Shown: piece after piece, positions 53,636 through 64,000 of the stretch
Layout of the letters: the number at the start of each line of letters is the position of its first letter
Position numbering within the stretch: the first letter of the stretch is position 1
Origin: an uncultured cyanobacterium
Lineage (GTDB): Bacteria; Cyanobacteriota; Cyanobacteriia; Cyanobacteriales; CAWUOF01
Length of the DNA stretch: 64,000 bases
NCBI GenBank assembly: GCA_963744145.1
Contig: CAVUSO010000001.1
Coordinates: 4,320,001-4,384,000 of the forward strand
Direction: 5' to 3'
Notes under the pieces: generated by a model
Database searches by the model: none
Told to the model about the DNA's origin: nothing
The model's input: the letters and a program-made list of their open reading frames with translations, nothing else
Made by a program: the position numbers and the translations under genes

Positions 53636-54980
53636 GTAGGGGCAAAGCATTTCGGCGCAGAAATTATTGCCTTAACACCGAAAACTATGACCGAAATGCT
53701 TTGCCCTCAGCCATACCTGCATCCAACCGATCGACCAAATCAACCCATATCTGCATTCAAGCGATCAACTAAATCAACCAATAGTTGGAAAATCGTCGCG
53801 GGAGCTGGCCTAATTATTTCCTCCTTAACAATTATCGCGGGGGCTGGGCGAAGCATTCCCCAATTAAATTTATCCATGACCTGATCAGTGATCGTGGGGA
53901 ATGCTTCGCCCCTACGGCGATCGCCCTTCTTTTCCATCAACCTAAAACAGAATTTGAGCCGTCTTTGTAGGGGCAAAGCATTTCGGCGCAGAAATCATGA
54001 CTTTAACCCCGAAAATTATGACCGAAATGCTTTGCCCTCAGCCAGGTCTGCATCCAACCGATCGACCAAATCAACCCATATCTGCATCCAACCGATCGAC
54101 CAAATCAACCCATATCTGCATTCAAGCGATCGACCAAATCAACCCATATCTGCATCCAATCGATCGACCAAATCAACCCATATCTGCATTCAAGCGATCA
54201 ACTAAATCAACCAATAGTTGGAAAATCGTCGCGGGAGCTGGCCTAATTATTTCCTCCTTAACAATTATCGCGGGGGCTGGGCGAAGCATTCCCCAATTAA
54301 ATTTATCCATGACCTGATTAGTGATCGTGGGGAATGCTTCGCCCCTACGGCGATCGCCCTTCTTTTCCATCAACCTAAAACAGAATTTGAGCCGTCTTTG
54401 TAGGGGCAAAGCATTTCGGCGAAAAAATCATGACTTTAACGCCGAAAATTATGACCGAAATGCTTTGCCCTCAGCCAGGTCTGCATCCAACCGATCGACC
54501 AAATCAACCCATATCTGCATCCAATCGATCGACCAAATCAACCCATATCTGCATTCAAGCGATCAACTAAATCAACCAATAGTTGGAAAATCGTCGCGGG
54601 AGCTGGCCTAATTATTTCCTCCTTAACAATTATCGCGGGGGCTGGGCGAAGCATTCCCCAATTAAATTTATCCATGACCTGATCAGTGATCGTGGGGAAT
54701 GCTTCGCCCCTACGGCGATCGCCCTTCTTTTCCATCAACCTAAAACAGAATTTGAGCCGTCTTTGTAGGGGCAAAGCATTTCGGCGCAGAAATCATGACT
54801 TTAACGCCGAAAATTATGACCGAAATGCTTTGCCCTCAGCCAGGTCTGCATCCAACCGATCGACCAAATCAACCCATATCTGCATCCAACCGATCGACCA
54901 AATCAACCCATATCTGCATCCAACCGATCGACCAAATCAACCCATATCTGCATCCAATCGATCGACCAAATCAACCAACA
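53636..54980. repeat. BIME/REPIN-like tandem array with nested 34-bp minisatellite
   Basis: Units start at 53636, 53967, 54400 and 54765 (331, 433, 365 bp, then partial) with 2, 5, 3 and 4 copies of ATCTGCATCCAACCGATCGACCAAATCAACCCAT. Confidence 0.95.
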
Positions 54981-55038
54981 GTTTTAGAATTATAGCGTGG
55001 TATAATCAGGATAAATTCACTCGATCGAAGACAGAACT

Positions 55039-55353
55039 ATGACAGATGAAGAGTTAAAAAAACTCGTAGAAAGTAATGCTCGTGCTATTCAAGCACTGAC
55101 CGATACAGTTAATTCTTTTAGTCATCAAGTTTCCGGAAGAATGGAACAGTTTGACCAAAGAATAGACCATTTGCTGCAATTAGCGGAGCAAGCACAAGCA
55201 GAACGAGAAGAACTCCGTCAAGCCACCATAGGAATTGCTAACCTGCTTGCGGCTCTTGATCAAGATCGTCCTACAATTCTCAAGCGTTTAACATCGATCG
55301 AGACCAAAATAGACCAAATTTTGGAAAAAAATCAATTTGGCAATAATGAATGA
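55039..55353 (+). CDS. coiled-coil hypothetical protein
   Basis: MTDEELKKLVESNARAIQAL; heptad pattern. Confidence 0.75.
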   Translation: MTDEELKKLVESNARAIQALTDTVNSFSHQVSGRMEQFDQRIDHLLQLAEQAQAEREELRQATIGIANLLAALDQDRPTILKRLTSIETKIDQILEKNQFGNNE

Positions 55354-55703
55354 AAATAAGTTGCCCTAGTCTGCTCTATCATCAACCTGTCATAACTATG
55401 GAAATATTCCAATTAAACCTTCACAGTTAACAATATAGTGCGCGATCGCTTTATTACAATTAATGCAAAAAGTTAATTAAAATTGTGCTGATACTCTCAA
55501 GGCAATGCAATCTCTGAAGCGTCGATTTTTATTGGAAGAAGTACAGAAAGGAAAAGAATTTTTGTTTGAATTAGACCTAGTTATAAAAAATTATGTGAAA
55601 AGTCGCTTTTTAGGAAAATAGATATCTAAATTACCCATCAGGAAAACTAGAAACGCCCTAATTTGATTATAATCTGTAAAGAAATGACTGGAGAATACTT
55701 TTC

Positions 55704-56762
55704 ATGGATCTGGTGGCACTCCAGAACTGGCTGGATAATTGCTCGTTTGCGGTTCTGTTCCTCACCATGTTGATTTATTGGTCAGGGACAGCTTTTCCCC
55801 AAATTCCTTATTTTTCGACCCTTGGCTCGACTGGAATGGCGATCGCAAATCTCTGTATCGCTACTTTATTAGGTGCTAGGTGGATCGAAGCAGGTTACTT
55901 TCCTTTGAGTAATCTTTATGAATCCCTCTTTTTTCTCACCTGGGGAATTACTACCATCCATCTCATTGCCGAAAATATGAGTCGGAGTCGCTTGGTGGGA
56001 GTAGCTACTGCACCGATCGCGATGGCAATTACTGCTTTTGCAACTTTGACTCTACCAACAGAAATGCAGTCATCGGCTCCCTTAGTCCCAGCTTTGAAGT
56101 CTAATTGGCTGATGATGCACGTCAGTGTGATGATGCTCAGTTATGCTACCTTAATCGTCGGGTCTCTCTTAGCGATCGCCTTTTTGATCGTTACCCGTGG
56201 TCAAAATATTGAACTCAGGGGTAGTTCGATCGGGACGGGTGCTTATCGTAATCACCATAATCGATCGCCAAAGTTAGAAAACCCATCAACATTTTCTTTA
56301 ACCTCTCTCCCAGTAACTACCATCAATGGTGCAACAGCCAGCGGTGTTAGTTTGGCTGAAAATAATGGTAGTCAGAAAACCGCAGTTTTAGATTTGTTCA
56401 CTACTGGGCACTCCGAACCATCGATCCTTTCTCCCCAACGTCTCAGTTTAGCAGAAACCCTAGATAACATCAGCTATCGGATTATTGGATTGGGATTTCC
56501 CCTCTTAACCATTGGGATTATTGCTGGTGGGGTGTGGGCTAACGAAGCTTGGGGATCTTACTGGAGCTGGGACCCAAAAGAGACTTGGGCTTTAATTACT
56601 TGGCTAGTATTTGCCGCTTATCTTCACGCTCGAATCACCCGTGGTTGGCAAGGACGAAAACCAGCTATTTTAGCAACTACTGGCTTTTTTGTGGTTTGGG
56701 TTTGCTATCTAGGAGTTAATCTTTTAGGCAAAGGATTACATTCTTACGGTTGGTTTTTCTAA
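55704..56762 (+). CDS. ccsA: system II cytochrome c biogenesis heme-delivery protein (CcsA/Ycf5; some pipelines call it CcsB)
   Basis: [36 protein letters not shown]. Confidence 0.95.
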   Translation: MDLVALQNWLDNCSFAVLFLTMLIYWSGTAFPQIPYFSTLGSTGMAIANLCIATLLGARWIEAGYFPLSNLYESLFFLTWGITTIHLIAENMSRSRLVGVATAPIAMAITAFATLTLPTEMQSSAPLVPALKSNWLMMHVSVMMLSYATLIVGSLLAIAFLIVTRGQNIELRGSSIGTGAYRNHHNRSPKLENPSTFSLTSLPVTTINGATASGVSLAENNGSQKTAVLDLFTTGHSEPSILSPQRLSLAETLDNISYRIIGLGFPLLTIGIIAGGVWANEAWGSYWSWDPKETWALITWLVFAAYLHARITRGWQGRKPAILATTGFFVVWVCYLGVNLLGKGLHSYGWFF

Positions 56763-56873
56763 CCTTTTACTGGTCAGCTCACCAATTTTAGATTTGATCT
56801 TTGGTCGATCGCTATTTAAAATCTAAAATCGGTGGCTGGCTGATTCTTGCCAATTTTACTAGGGACACTTAAC

Positions 56874-57170
56874 ATGGAAAATCAACCTGAATTGCTAAAT
56901 ATCGATGATGTTTTATCAACAAGTGCTAGTAATATCATGTTTCAATGCACTTTTAAAATCGGCGAATTTATGGCAATAATTAAGGAAAAATTAGGAGAAG
57001 AAGAAAATTTTTTTACCGAAGGTGTAGACTGTGAAATCCTCAGACCTGGTAAAAACTGGCAAAAAGGTAAAGTGAAAATGCGCCTAGAGTTTTATCCAGA
57101 TGAACCTAAAGATATTCCTCCTGAGCAGAGTGATTCTGCTTATTCCCAAATACCCATTAATCTTGAATAA
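56874..57170 (+). CDS. KGK-domain protein
   Basis: EGVDCEILRPGKNWQKGKVKMRLEFYPDEP. Confidence 0.88.
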   Translation: MENQPELLNIDDVLSTSASNIMFQCTFKIGEFMAIIKEKLGEEENFFTEGVDCEILRPGKNWQKGKVKMRLEFYPDEPKDIPPEQSDSAYSQIPINLE

Positions 57171-57213
57171 GCAATTAACGGGAGGTATATAGTCTATATC
57201 TCCCTAGCAAATT

Positions 57214-58017
57214 CTATTTGGCTAAGGGTAAATCGAGCAAATTATGTGATTGTTTGCGTTTTAGCTGGGAAATTTCCAATTTGGGATTACTAGGGACAAG
57301 ACTTAATACTGGTGTTGATTTCCGGACTGGAGGAGCAGTAATTTCTTGCACGGAAAAACTTTTGACTACACCAGAATAACCCGAAAACCAATCTTCTCCT
57401 GAGTTTACGCTTGGTTGTAAGTATAAACTTGTCCACTGATGAACTTCGGGATGATTATGTAATTGAGTCAGTAAATCAGCAATTTGATTGGCTTTAAGTA
57501 ACTCTAGGAATCTCTGCAACTCTTCATCGGTCAGGTTGCTAGCTTGCATACCTGTATAGAATTTACCAAAATGATGATTAGTATTTAATCCCGAATAGTA
57601 AATCCCAAATTTTACTTCTTGAATATTGGTATTTTTTTTCAGATCAGTACGGGAATCTAATTCAATAAAACCGACTATATCTAACTCATCTGAACTGATT
57701 AAAGGAAAAGGACCACCTTGTAAACGTGCAAAGGAGTTACCTGTGATATTCTGACGATAGGATTCACCAACGCTAGTTGGACTTCGATCAGTTGTCACCA
57801 TTAGCTCTTTACACCGCAAATCTGCACCAAATATCCCAATCACCGCTGGAGACAAAGTTCCTGATTCATAGTCAACCGACCCTGTAGATGAGTCGTGACA
57901 GTACCAAGTCCATTGTAAATCAATGTCTAGCACAAAGGAGGTTTCTGGATCTGTGACAGATCGATCTACCTGCACAACTTTGTCTTCTAACCTTTCTAGT
58001 TCATTGAGGGTCTTCAT
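57214..58017 (-). CDS. hypothetical protein
   Basis: 267-aa ORF with no recognised motif. Confidence 0.65.
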   Translation of the reverse strand: MKTLNELERLEDKVVQVDRSVTDPETSFVLDIDLQWTWYCHDSSTGSVDYESGTLSPAVIGIFGADLRCKELMVTTDRSPTSVGESYRQNITGNSFARLQGGPFPLISSDELDIVGFIELDSRTDLKKNTNIQEVKFGIYYSGLNTNHHFGKFYTGMQASNLTDEELQRFLELLKANQIADLLTQLHNHPEVHQWTSLYLQPSVNSGEDWFSGYSGVVKSFSVQEITAPPVRKSTPVLSLVPSNPKLEISQLKRKQSHNLLDLPLAK

Positions 58018-58100
58018 AAAACTTTCTTAAAGGATTATTACTATCTTAAGTAGATTCACATACATATTCAAGCATATTTAGTTAAGATTTGTTAAATTTC

Positions 58101-59084
58101 ATGGTAAATACTGATTTTGGTCGGCATTTGCAGGCAAGACTAGAAAAAGTTCTGCGATCGCGGCAATTACTTAAGCCTCGTCATCCTATACTGGTAGCCG
58201 TATCTGGCGGACAAGATTCTTTATGTTTAATGAAATTGTTGTTAGACTTACAAGCTAAATGGGAATGGAATTTAGGTATAGCCCACTGCGATCATCGATG
58301 GCCCGCTGATGTCGGTAATGCGGACAGAGTGCGAGAAATAGCGAATAATTGGGAAATTCCCTTTTATTTAGCCACAGCATCTGCTCTTACTACCAGCGAA
58401 GGAGCAGCCCGACAATGGCGTTATCAAACTCTACGTGAAATTGCGGAAATAAATGGTTATAATTACGTAGTGACCGGTCATACAAAAAGCGATCGAGCGG
58501 AAACGATTCTCTATCATCTCATTCGTGGTAGTGGGATTGCTGGACTTTCCACCCTGACATGGAAACGTTCTTTAGCTCCAAATCTAGAGTTAGTACGTCC
58601 CCTGTTAGAGATCACTCGGGCTGAAACTGCTCAATTTTGTCAAGCTGAACAACTAACCATCTGGGAAGATGCTACTAATCAAAACTTACAGTATGCACGT
58701 AACCGGATCAGGTTAGAATTATTACCTTATTTAAAAACTAATTTTAATCCCCAGGTGGAACATAATCTAGCCCAGACGGGGGAACTTTTGCGAGCAGATC
58801 TGGAATATTTAGAACAAATGGCTACAGATTTATGCCAAAAAGTAATCAGTGAGTCGGATGGAAGCTTAAAATTGAATCGGATGATCCTCAAAAATGCTCA
58901 TCTCGCTTTACAACGTCGAGTCATGCAGCAAATATTACAGAAAATATTACCTGCTGCACCTAACTATGAACATATCGAAAAACTAACTGCTTTAATTTCT
59001 GCCCCTAATCGTTCCCGCACTGACCCTTTTCCTGGTGGAGCGATCGCCCAAGTTAACGGGGAATGGATCTATATTTTACCCTAG
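58101..59084 (+). CDS. tilS: tRNA(Ile)-lysidine synthetase
   Basis: VAVSGGQDS, TGHTKSDRAET, VRPLL, RNRIR. Confidence 0.95.
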   Translation: MVNTDFGRHLQARLEKVLRSRQLLKPRHPILVAVSGGQDSLCLMKLLLDLQAKWEWNLGIAHCDHRWPADVGNADRVREIANNWEIPFYLATASALTTSEGAARQWRYQTLREIAEINGYNYVVTGHTKSDRAETILYHLIRGSGIAGLSTLTWKRSLAPNLELVRPLLEITRAETAQFCQAEQLTIWEDATNQNLQYARNRIRLELLPYLKTNFNPQVEHNLAQTGELLRADLEYLEQMATDLCQKVISESDGSLKLNRMILKNAHLALQRRVMQQILQKILPAAPNYEHIEKLTALISAPNRSRTDPFPGGAIAQVNGEWIYILP

Positions 59085-59141
59085 CATTACCACCAACCAA
59101 AACATTATCTTGGAGTATACGACTAACCGCGTCTAATAATT

Positions 59142-59402
59142 CAATCCGGTTCAGTTAACTGTAGGGGTGAAGCATTCGGGCGATAATTGAACAATCAAGC
59201 CAGTAACATTATATCCGAATGCTTCACCCTTCTTCTGCGCCGAGATATCAAAAACATTCTTAACTGAATGTATTTTAATGTATAGTTGATCTGTTGGCTG
59301 CATAGATATGAGGGCAAAGCATTTCGGTAATATTATTCTTCGCTTAAGCTATCATTTATTTGCCGAAATGCTTTGCCCCTACAAGTTAACTGAATCGGAT
59401 TG
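59142..59402. mobile_element. MITE-like element carrying a REP doublet
   Basis: TIRs CAATCCGGTTCAGTTAAC / GTTAACTGAATCGGATTG enclosing two oppositely oriented GTAG REPs. Confidence 0.88.
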
Positions 59403-59426
59403 AGTTATAATTAATTATTGGCTCAA

Positions 59427-61481
59427 TTATTCACTCAAACTTTCTTGTAGCATCCGACCAGCCGCATCTAACAAGACCTCTTCTAAATAAGGTTTAGTAA
59501 AGTAACCACTTGCTCCTAATTCTATTGCCATTTGTCGATGTTTATCAGCACCCCGGGAAGTTAACATCGCGATCGGTAATTTACCTAATACCGGATCATT
59601 CTGAAGACGAGATAATAATTCTAACCCATCCATTCGAGGCATTTCTATATCACAGAATACCAGATCACAATTTAGTCCTGAGCGCAGTTTTTCCCAAGCT
59701 TCTTGACCATTTCGAGCTTGTTCCACTCGATACCCAGCTTTATTAAAAGTCATCGATAACATTTCCCGGACTGTAATAGAATCATCCACAACTAAAACAG
59801 TAGGATTAGTCGGATTCTCATCAATCATAGAAACTATCTGATCTTGATTCCAACTCCAACGATCTTCACGACGAATCCGTCCTAGAGCTAAATCAATCAG
59901 TTCTAAAACATCTGCGATCGGCACAATTTGACCATCCCCCATTACCGTAGCACCTACAATTCCCAAGGGTTTAGGTACTGGACCTTCAAGTTGTTTAATA
60001 ACTATTTCTTTTTCTCCTAAAAACTGATCAACTTGAACCGCGAGCAAAGTTTCAGCATTGCGTAAAATCACGATCGATATTTTATCATCGTTATTGCTAC
60101 TCCAATAACCGCGACCGAAAGGACGATGATAAGTCAGGAGTTCTTTCAGTGGTCGAAAAGGGAGTTCTCGATCGCGCCAAAAAATACAGGTTTTACCTTC
60201 AGAATTAACTTTAATCTGAGTTGGGGGAATCTTCATCATATCTTCTACCCCATCAATTGGAAAAGCAATCTGAGCTTTGTCACTGATACAATAAAGCACT
60301 TTAGAAATATTAAAGGTAAGAGGTAGTCGAATCGTAAAAGTAGTACCTTGACCAGGAGTAGAATCTGTATGAATTACCCCACGTAATTCATGCACATCTT
60401 CTCGGACTACATTCATCCCCATTCCACGACCAGAAATTAAATCTACTTCATCATTGGTACTAAATTCTGGATAGAATAACAGCTCATAAATATCCAAACG
60501 AGACATAATATGTGCTTGTTCAGGTGTAATTAATTCCTGTTTAATTGCTTTTACTTTTACTCGTTCTAGATCAATACCCGCTCCATCATCAGTACAGGAA
60601 ATTACAGTTTGGTTCCCTTGATAACCAGCGCGAATCGTAATCCGACCTTTAGGGGGTTTTCCTTGTTGCTTTCTAATCTCTGGTAATTCAATCCCATGCG
60701 CGATCGCATTATTAACTAAGTGAGTTAATGAAGCGGAAAGCTCTTCGAGGATCATCTTATCAATTAAGGTATCTTCACCTTCAATTTGCAATTCGATTTG
60801 TTTTCCCTTTCGCTCCGCAATTTCCTGACAACCGAGTTTTAATTTACTCGAGATTTGGGAAAAAGGTTGCATTCGCGATCGGGTTAATCCTTCTTGGAGT
60901 TGGGTAGTTACTTGTCGGAGTTGTTTACTTACCTGATCAGAACCATCTACTAAAAACTCAATATCAGCAGCAGATTCTCGCACTCTGACCATTAATTCAA
61001 TAATTTCCTGAGATAAACTATGAAATGGTGTAAATCGATCCATTTCTAACACATCCCATTGGTCAGATTGATGACTAACTTCTTTCTGACTCCAACGATT
61101 TTTTTCAGGTTGAGATATGAGGTGACGTCCGGTTTTGCGACTTGACAATAAGGAAGTTTCTAACAGCGATCGCTCATACAAATCTTGCATTCTTTGGGAA
61201 ACATCACTGAGCTGACTGACCTGAATCAATAAATTATCTAAAAACTGTCTTAACCTTTCCTGATCCTGTTCTAAACTATTACGATTAACTACCAACTCCC
61301 CAACTAAGTTGCTCATGTTATCCAATTGTTTAATTGGCACTCTCATGATCTGGTCATTCAGCTTTTTCTTTTTCGGTGCTGGTAATAAACAGCGTCGATA
61401 GAGTTGATTTTTTAAGTTACCTTCATCAATCAAATTTTCCAGATCATCCCATTGACTCTCATCAGTTTGGTTATTAGTCAT
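59427..61481 (-). CDS. CheA-like hybrid kinase lacking HPt (dimerisation-HATPase-CheW-REC)
   Basis: LDNMSNLVGELV, NAIAHGIE, DDGAGID, SGRGMGM, VDDS...DIEMP. Confidence 0.9.
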   Translation of the reverse strand: MTNNQTDESQWDDLENLIDEGNLKNQLYRRCLLPAPKKKKLNDQIMRVPIKQLDNMSNLVGELVVNRNSLEQDQERLRQFLDNLLIQVSQLSDVSQRMQDLYERSLLETSLLSSRKTGRHLISQPEKNRWSQKEVSHQSDQWDVLEMDRFTPFHSLSQEIIELMVRVRESAADIEFLVDGSDQVSKQLRQVTTQLQEGLTRSRMQPFSQISSKLKLGCQEIAERKGKQIELQIEGEDTLIDKMILEELSASLTHLVNNAIAHGIELPEIRKQQGKPPKGRITIRAGYQGNQTVISCTDDGAGIDLERVKVKAIKQELITPEQAHIMSRLDIYELLFYPEFSTNDEVDLISGRGMGMNVVREDVHELRGVIHTDSTPGQGTTFTIRLPLTFNISKVLYCISDKAQIAFPIDGVEDMMKIPPTQIKVNSEGKTCIFWRDRELPFRPLKELLTYHRPFGRGYWSSNNDDKISIVILRNAETLLAVQVDQFLGEKEIVIKQLEGPVPKPLGIVGATVMGDGQIVPIADVLELIDLALGRIRREDRWSWNQDQIVSMIDENPTNPTVLVVDDSITVREMLSMTFNKAGYRVEQARNGQEAWEKLRSGLNCDLVFCDIEMPRMDGLELLSRLQNDPVLGKLPIAMLTSRGADKHRQMAIELGASGYFTKPYLEEVLLDAAGRMLQESLSE

Positions 61482-61592
61482 AGTTATGCAATCCCTGAAA
61501 TCTCTGGGTTATGTAGATGATTATTTTGGAACAAAGGGATCAGATGTCAGGGAAATTACACCTTCAATCAGATCCCCCAGACCTGACACCGA

Positions 61593-64000
61593 TTAAGTTG
61601 CACTAGCACTACCTACTAATACTTCACCCTTAAGCATCCGACTCGCTGCGTCTAATAAAGCTTCTTCTAAATAAGGTTTAGTAAAGTAGCCATTAGCTCC
61701 CATTTGAATTGCCATTTGTCGATGTTTGTCTGCACCACGGGAAGTTAACATCGCGATCGGTAATTCACTGAGTTGAGGATCTTTCTGGAGACGAGATAAT
61801 AATTCCAATCCATCCATCCGAGGCATTTCAATATCGCAGAATACTATGTCACAAGGTAGTCCGGAGCGCAGTTTTTCCCAAGCTTCTTGACCATCACGCG
61901 CTTGTTCGACTCGATATCCAGCTTTATTAAATGTCATTGACAGTAGCTCACGCACGGTAATCGAATCATCGACAATTAATACTGTTGGTTCAGCTTTGTG
62001 ATCTTCCGCGGCTTCGCTCTGCATTTGGATGTGATCTTGTTCCCACATCCGTCGATCTTCACGACGAATTCGTCCGAGAGCTAAATCAATTAATTCCAAT
62101 ACATCTGCGATCGGTACAATTCGACCATCCCCCATCACCGTAGCACCAGCAATTCCGACTGGTTTCGGTACGGGACCTTCAAGTTGTTTAATTACGATTT
62201 CTTGTTCCCCCATCGCTTGATCCACTTGGACCGCCAGAAAGGTGCCAGCACTTCGCAACACAATCACATCAATAGTCTCTTCATCATTGCTAGCGCCCCC
62301 ATAAATACTACCCCGACCAATATAGCGATTATAAGCTAGTAGTTCTTTCAGTGGTTGGAACGGCATTTGTTGATCGCGCCAAGGAATACAAGGTTGATTT
62401 TCCGCATTCACCTTAATCCGTTCCTTGCTAATTTTGATGATATCTTCTACCCCATCCATCGGGAAAGCAATCCGCGCTTTATCACTGATACAACATAGAG
62501 CTTTAGAAATACTTAGGGTTAAAGGAAGACGGATCGTAAACGTAGTACCTTTACCCATCGTCGAGTCAGTATTAATTACCCCACGAATCTTATTCACGTT
62601 ATCTAAGACTACATTCATCCCCACCCCACGACCGGAAATAGAATTTACCTCATCATTGGTACTAAATCCCGGATGGAAAAGAATGTCATATACATCTAAA
62701 CGAGACATGGTTTTTGCTTGTTCGGGGGTAATTAGTCTCTTTTCCATAGCTTTAACTTTTACCCGCTCGATATCAATCCCAGCACCATCATCAGAAAATG
62801 CGATTACGGTTTGGTTACCTTGGTGGAAAGCTCGAATTGTAATTCGACCTATAGGGGGTTTTCCTTTCGCAACTCGTGCTTCTGGGGGTTCAATCCCGTG
62901 AGCGATCGCATTATTCATTAAGTGAGTCAATGGATCGGTCAGTTTCTCCAGGATCATCTTATCAATTAAAGTATCTTTCCCTTCAATTCTTAACTCGGCT
63001 TGTTTCCCATTTTCCCCAGCTACTTTCCGACAACCCCGCTCTAACATATTCGAGATTTGCATAAATGGTTCCATCCGCGATCGGGTTAAACCTTCTTGGA
63101 GTTGAGTTGTTACCTGTCGGAGTTGTCGAGTTACTTGATCTGCTTCATCCACTAAAAATTCAATATCTGCTGCTGATTCCCGGACTCTGACCATTAATTC
63201 GATAATTTCTTGAGATAAACTATGAAATGGTGTAAACCGATCCATTTCTAGCACGTCCCAATCTGAACCGTGATTTCCTGCTGCTTCTTGATTACTATTA
63301 CTTTTTTCTCCACGAAATGCAGGTCCACGGGGAGCTTTCCGACTTGCTAATAGGGAAATTTCTAATAGCGATCGCTCATATAAATCTTGCATTCTTTGGG
63401 ACACATCACTGAGCTGACTGACCTGAACCAGTAAGTTATCTAAAAATTGCCTTAAACGTTCCTGATCTTGTTCTAAACTATTGCGGTTGACTACTAACTC
63501 CCCAACTAAGTTGCTCATATTATCCAACTGTTTCACGGGGACTTTCATAATCTGTTCATTGAACTGTTTGTTCGGACGTGCTTGAGCCGATCGCGGTCTT
63601 CCTTGTACTTTCGTTTCACCCCGTTCATCCAGTAATTTTTCCATATCACCCCATTCATTCTGATCAGCTTTTGGTTTAGCTGTGGTGGTGATTACTGGTG
63701 TTGCTTGCTCAGTTTTCGGTTTAACTGTTTCTTTTGCTCTCGTAGTTTCTCGGTTGCTGGTGGTGGATTTTTCCACACCTAATAATTTTTCTAATTCAGC
63801 AAATATATTGCTGTCAACAGGTTGATTTGCTAACAGTGCTTCTAATTCGGCAAATTGTGCCCCATTTAATTCTTTTTCAGAATCAATAGTCAGATGGAGC
63901 GATTCGGAACTAACATCTACAGGTTGATCAATATCCAATTCGCTACTAATCAGATCATCTAAGGAAATCTCTGCTGTTTGCTCAGGTAAAACTAACTCAT
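61593..64000 (-). CDS. CheA-like hybrid kinase (PilL-like); 5' end lies outside the window
   Basis: Same domains as the downstream copy; frame stays open to the window edge. Confidence 0.92.
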   Translation of the reverse strand, partial: ELVLPEQTAEISLDDLISSELDIDQPVDVSSESLHLTIDSEKELNGAQFAELEALLANQPVDSNIFAELEKLLGVEKSTTSNRETTRAKETVKPKTEQATPVITTTAKPKADQNEWGDMEKLLDERGETKVQGRPRSAQARPNKQFNEQIMKVPVKQLDNMSNLVGELVVNRNSLEQDQERLRQFLDNLLVQVSQLSDVSQRMQDLYERSLLEISLLASRKAPRGPAFRGEKSNSNQEAAGNHGSDWDVLEMDRFTPFHSLSQEIIELMVRVRESAADIEFLVDEADQVTRQLRQVTTQLQEGLTRSRMEPFMQISNMLERGCRKVAGENGKQAELRIEGKDTLIDKMILEKLTDPLTHLMNNAIAHGIEPPEARVAKGKPPIGRITIRAFHQGNQTVIAFSDDGAGIDIERVKVKAMEKRLITPEQAKTMSRLDVYDILFHPGFSTNDEVNSISGRGVGMNVVLDNVNKIRGVINTDSTMGKGTTFTIRLPLTLSISKALCCISDKARIAFPMDGVEDIIKISKERIKVNAENQPCIPWRDQQMPFQPLKELLAYNRYIGRGSIYGGASNDEETIDVIVLRSAGTFLAVQVDQAMGEQEIVIKQLEGPVPKPVGIAGATVMGDGRIVPIADVLELIDLALGRIRREDRRMWEQDHIQMQSEAAEDHKAEPTVLIVDDSITVRELLSMTFNKAGYRVEQARDGQEAWEKLRSGLPCDIVFCDIEMPRMDGLELLSRLQKDPQLSELPIAMLTSRGADKHRQMAIQMGANGYFTKPYLEEALLDAASRMLKGEVLVGSASAT

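Noticed and set aside
53687..55042. Many short ORFs and a possible CRISPR or guide-RNA array in the REP region
   Set aside because: The ORFs recur with the repeat period. The 34-mers are contiguous and near-identical, with no variable spacers.

Overview
Cyanobacterial chromosome segment: HIP1 octamer GCGATCGC occurs throughout, along with pds-crtB, psbX, ycf66, hik2 and ccsA. Housekeeping genes (pds, crtB, rbp, prfC, sdhB, ftsY, tRNA-Gln, cysE, sodB, ppk1, prxQ, ccsA, tilS, two cheA-like genes) alternate with accessory zones. (1) 10.2-17.9 kb: a block of secreted/unknown genes bracketed by a duplicated, deletion-eroded MCP/ABC-transporter junction. (2) 25.9-34.0 kb: a HEPN-motif gene followed by a promoter-driven cluster of covarying hairpins (best candidate for an undescribed nuclease/ncRNA system), then a run of toxin-antitoxin remnants, Uma2 genes and an orphan methyltransferase. 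(3) 40.7-42.7 kb: a tandem duplication of a TA/aspartyl-protease unit. (4) 50.3-59.4 kb: a REP-associated tyrosine transposase (RAYT) with an adjacent nested REP/minisatellite array and dispersed REP-carrying MITEs. A 24-nt mobile-type repeat is amplified 8 times in frame inside sdhB. All calls come from reading the sequence and recognising motifs; no database searches or folding programs were run.
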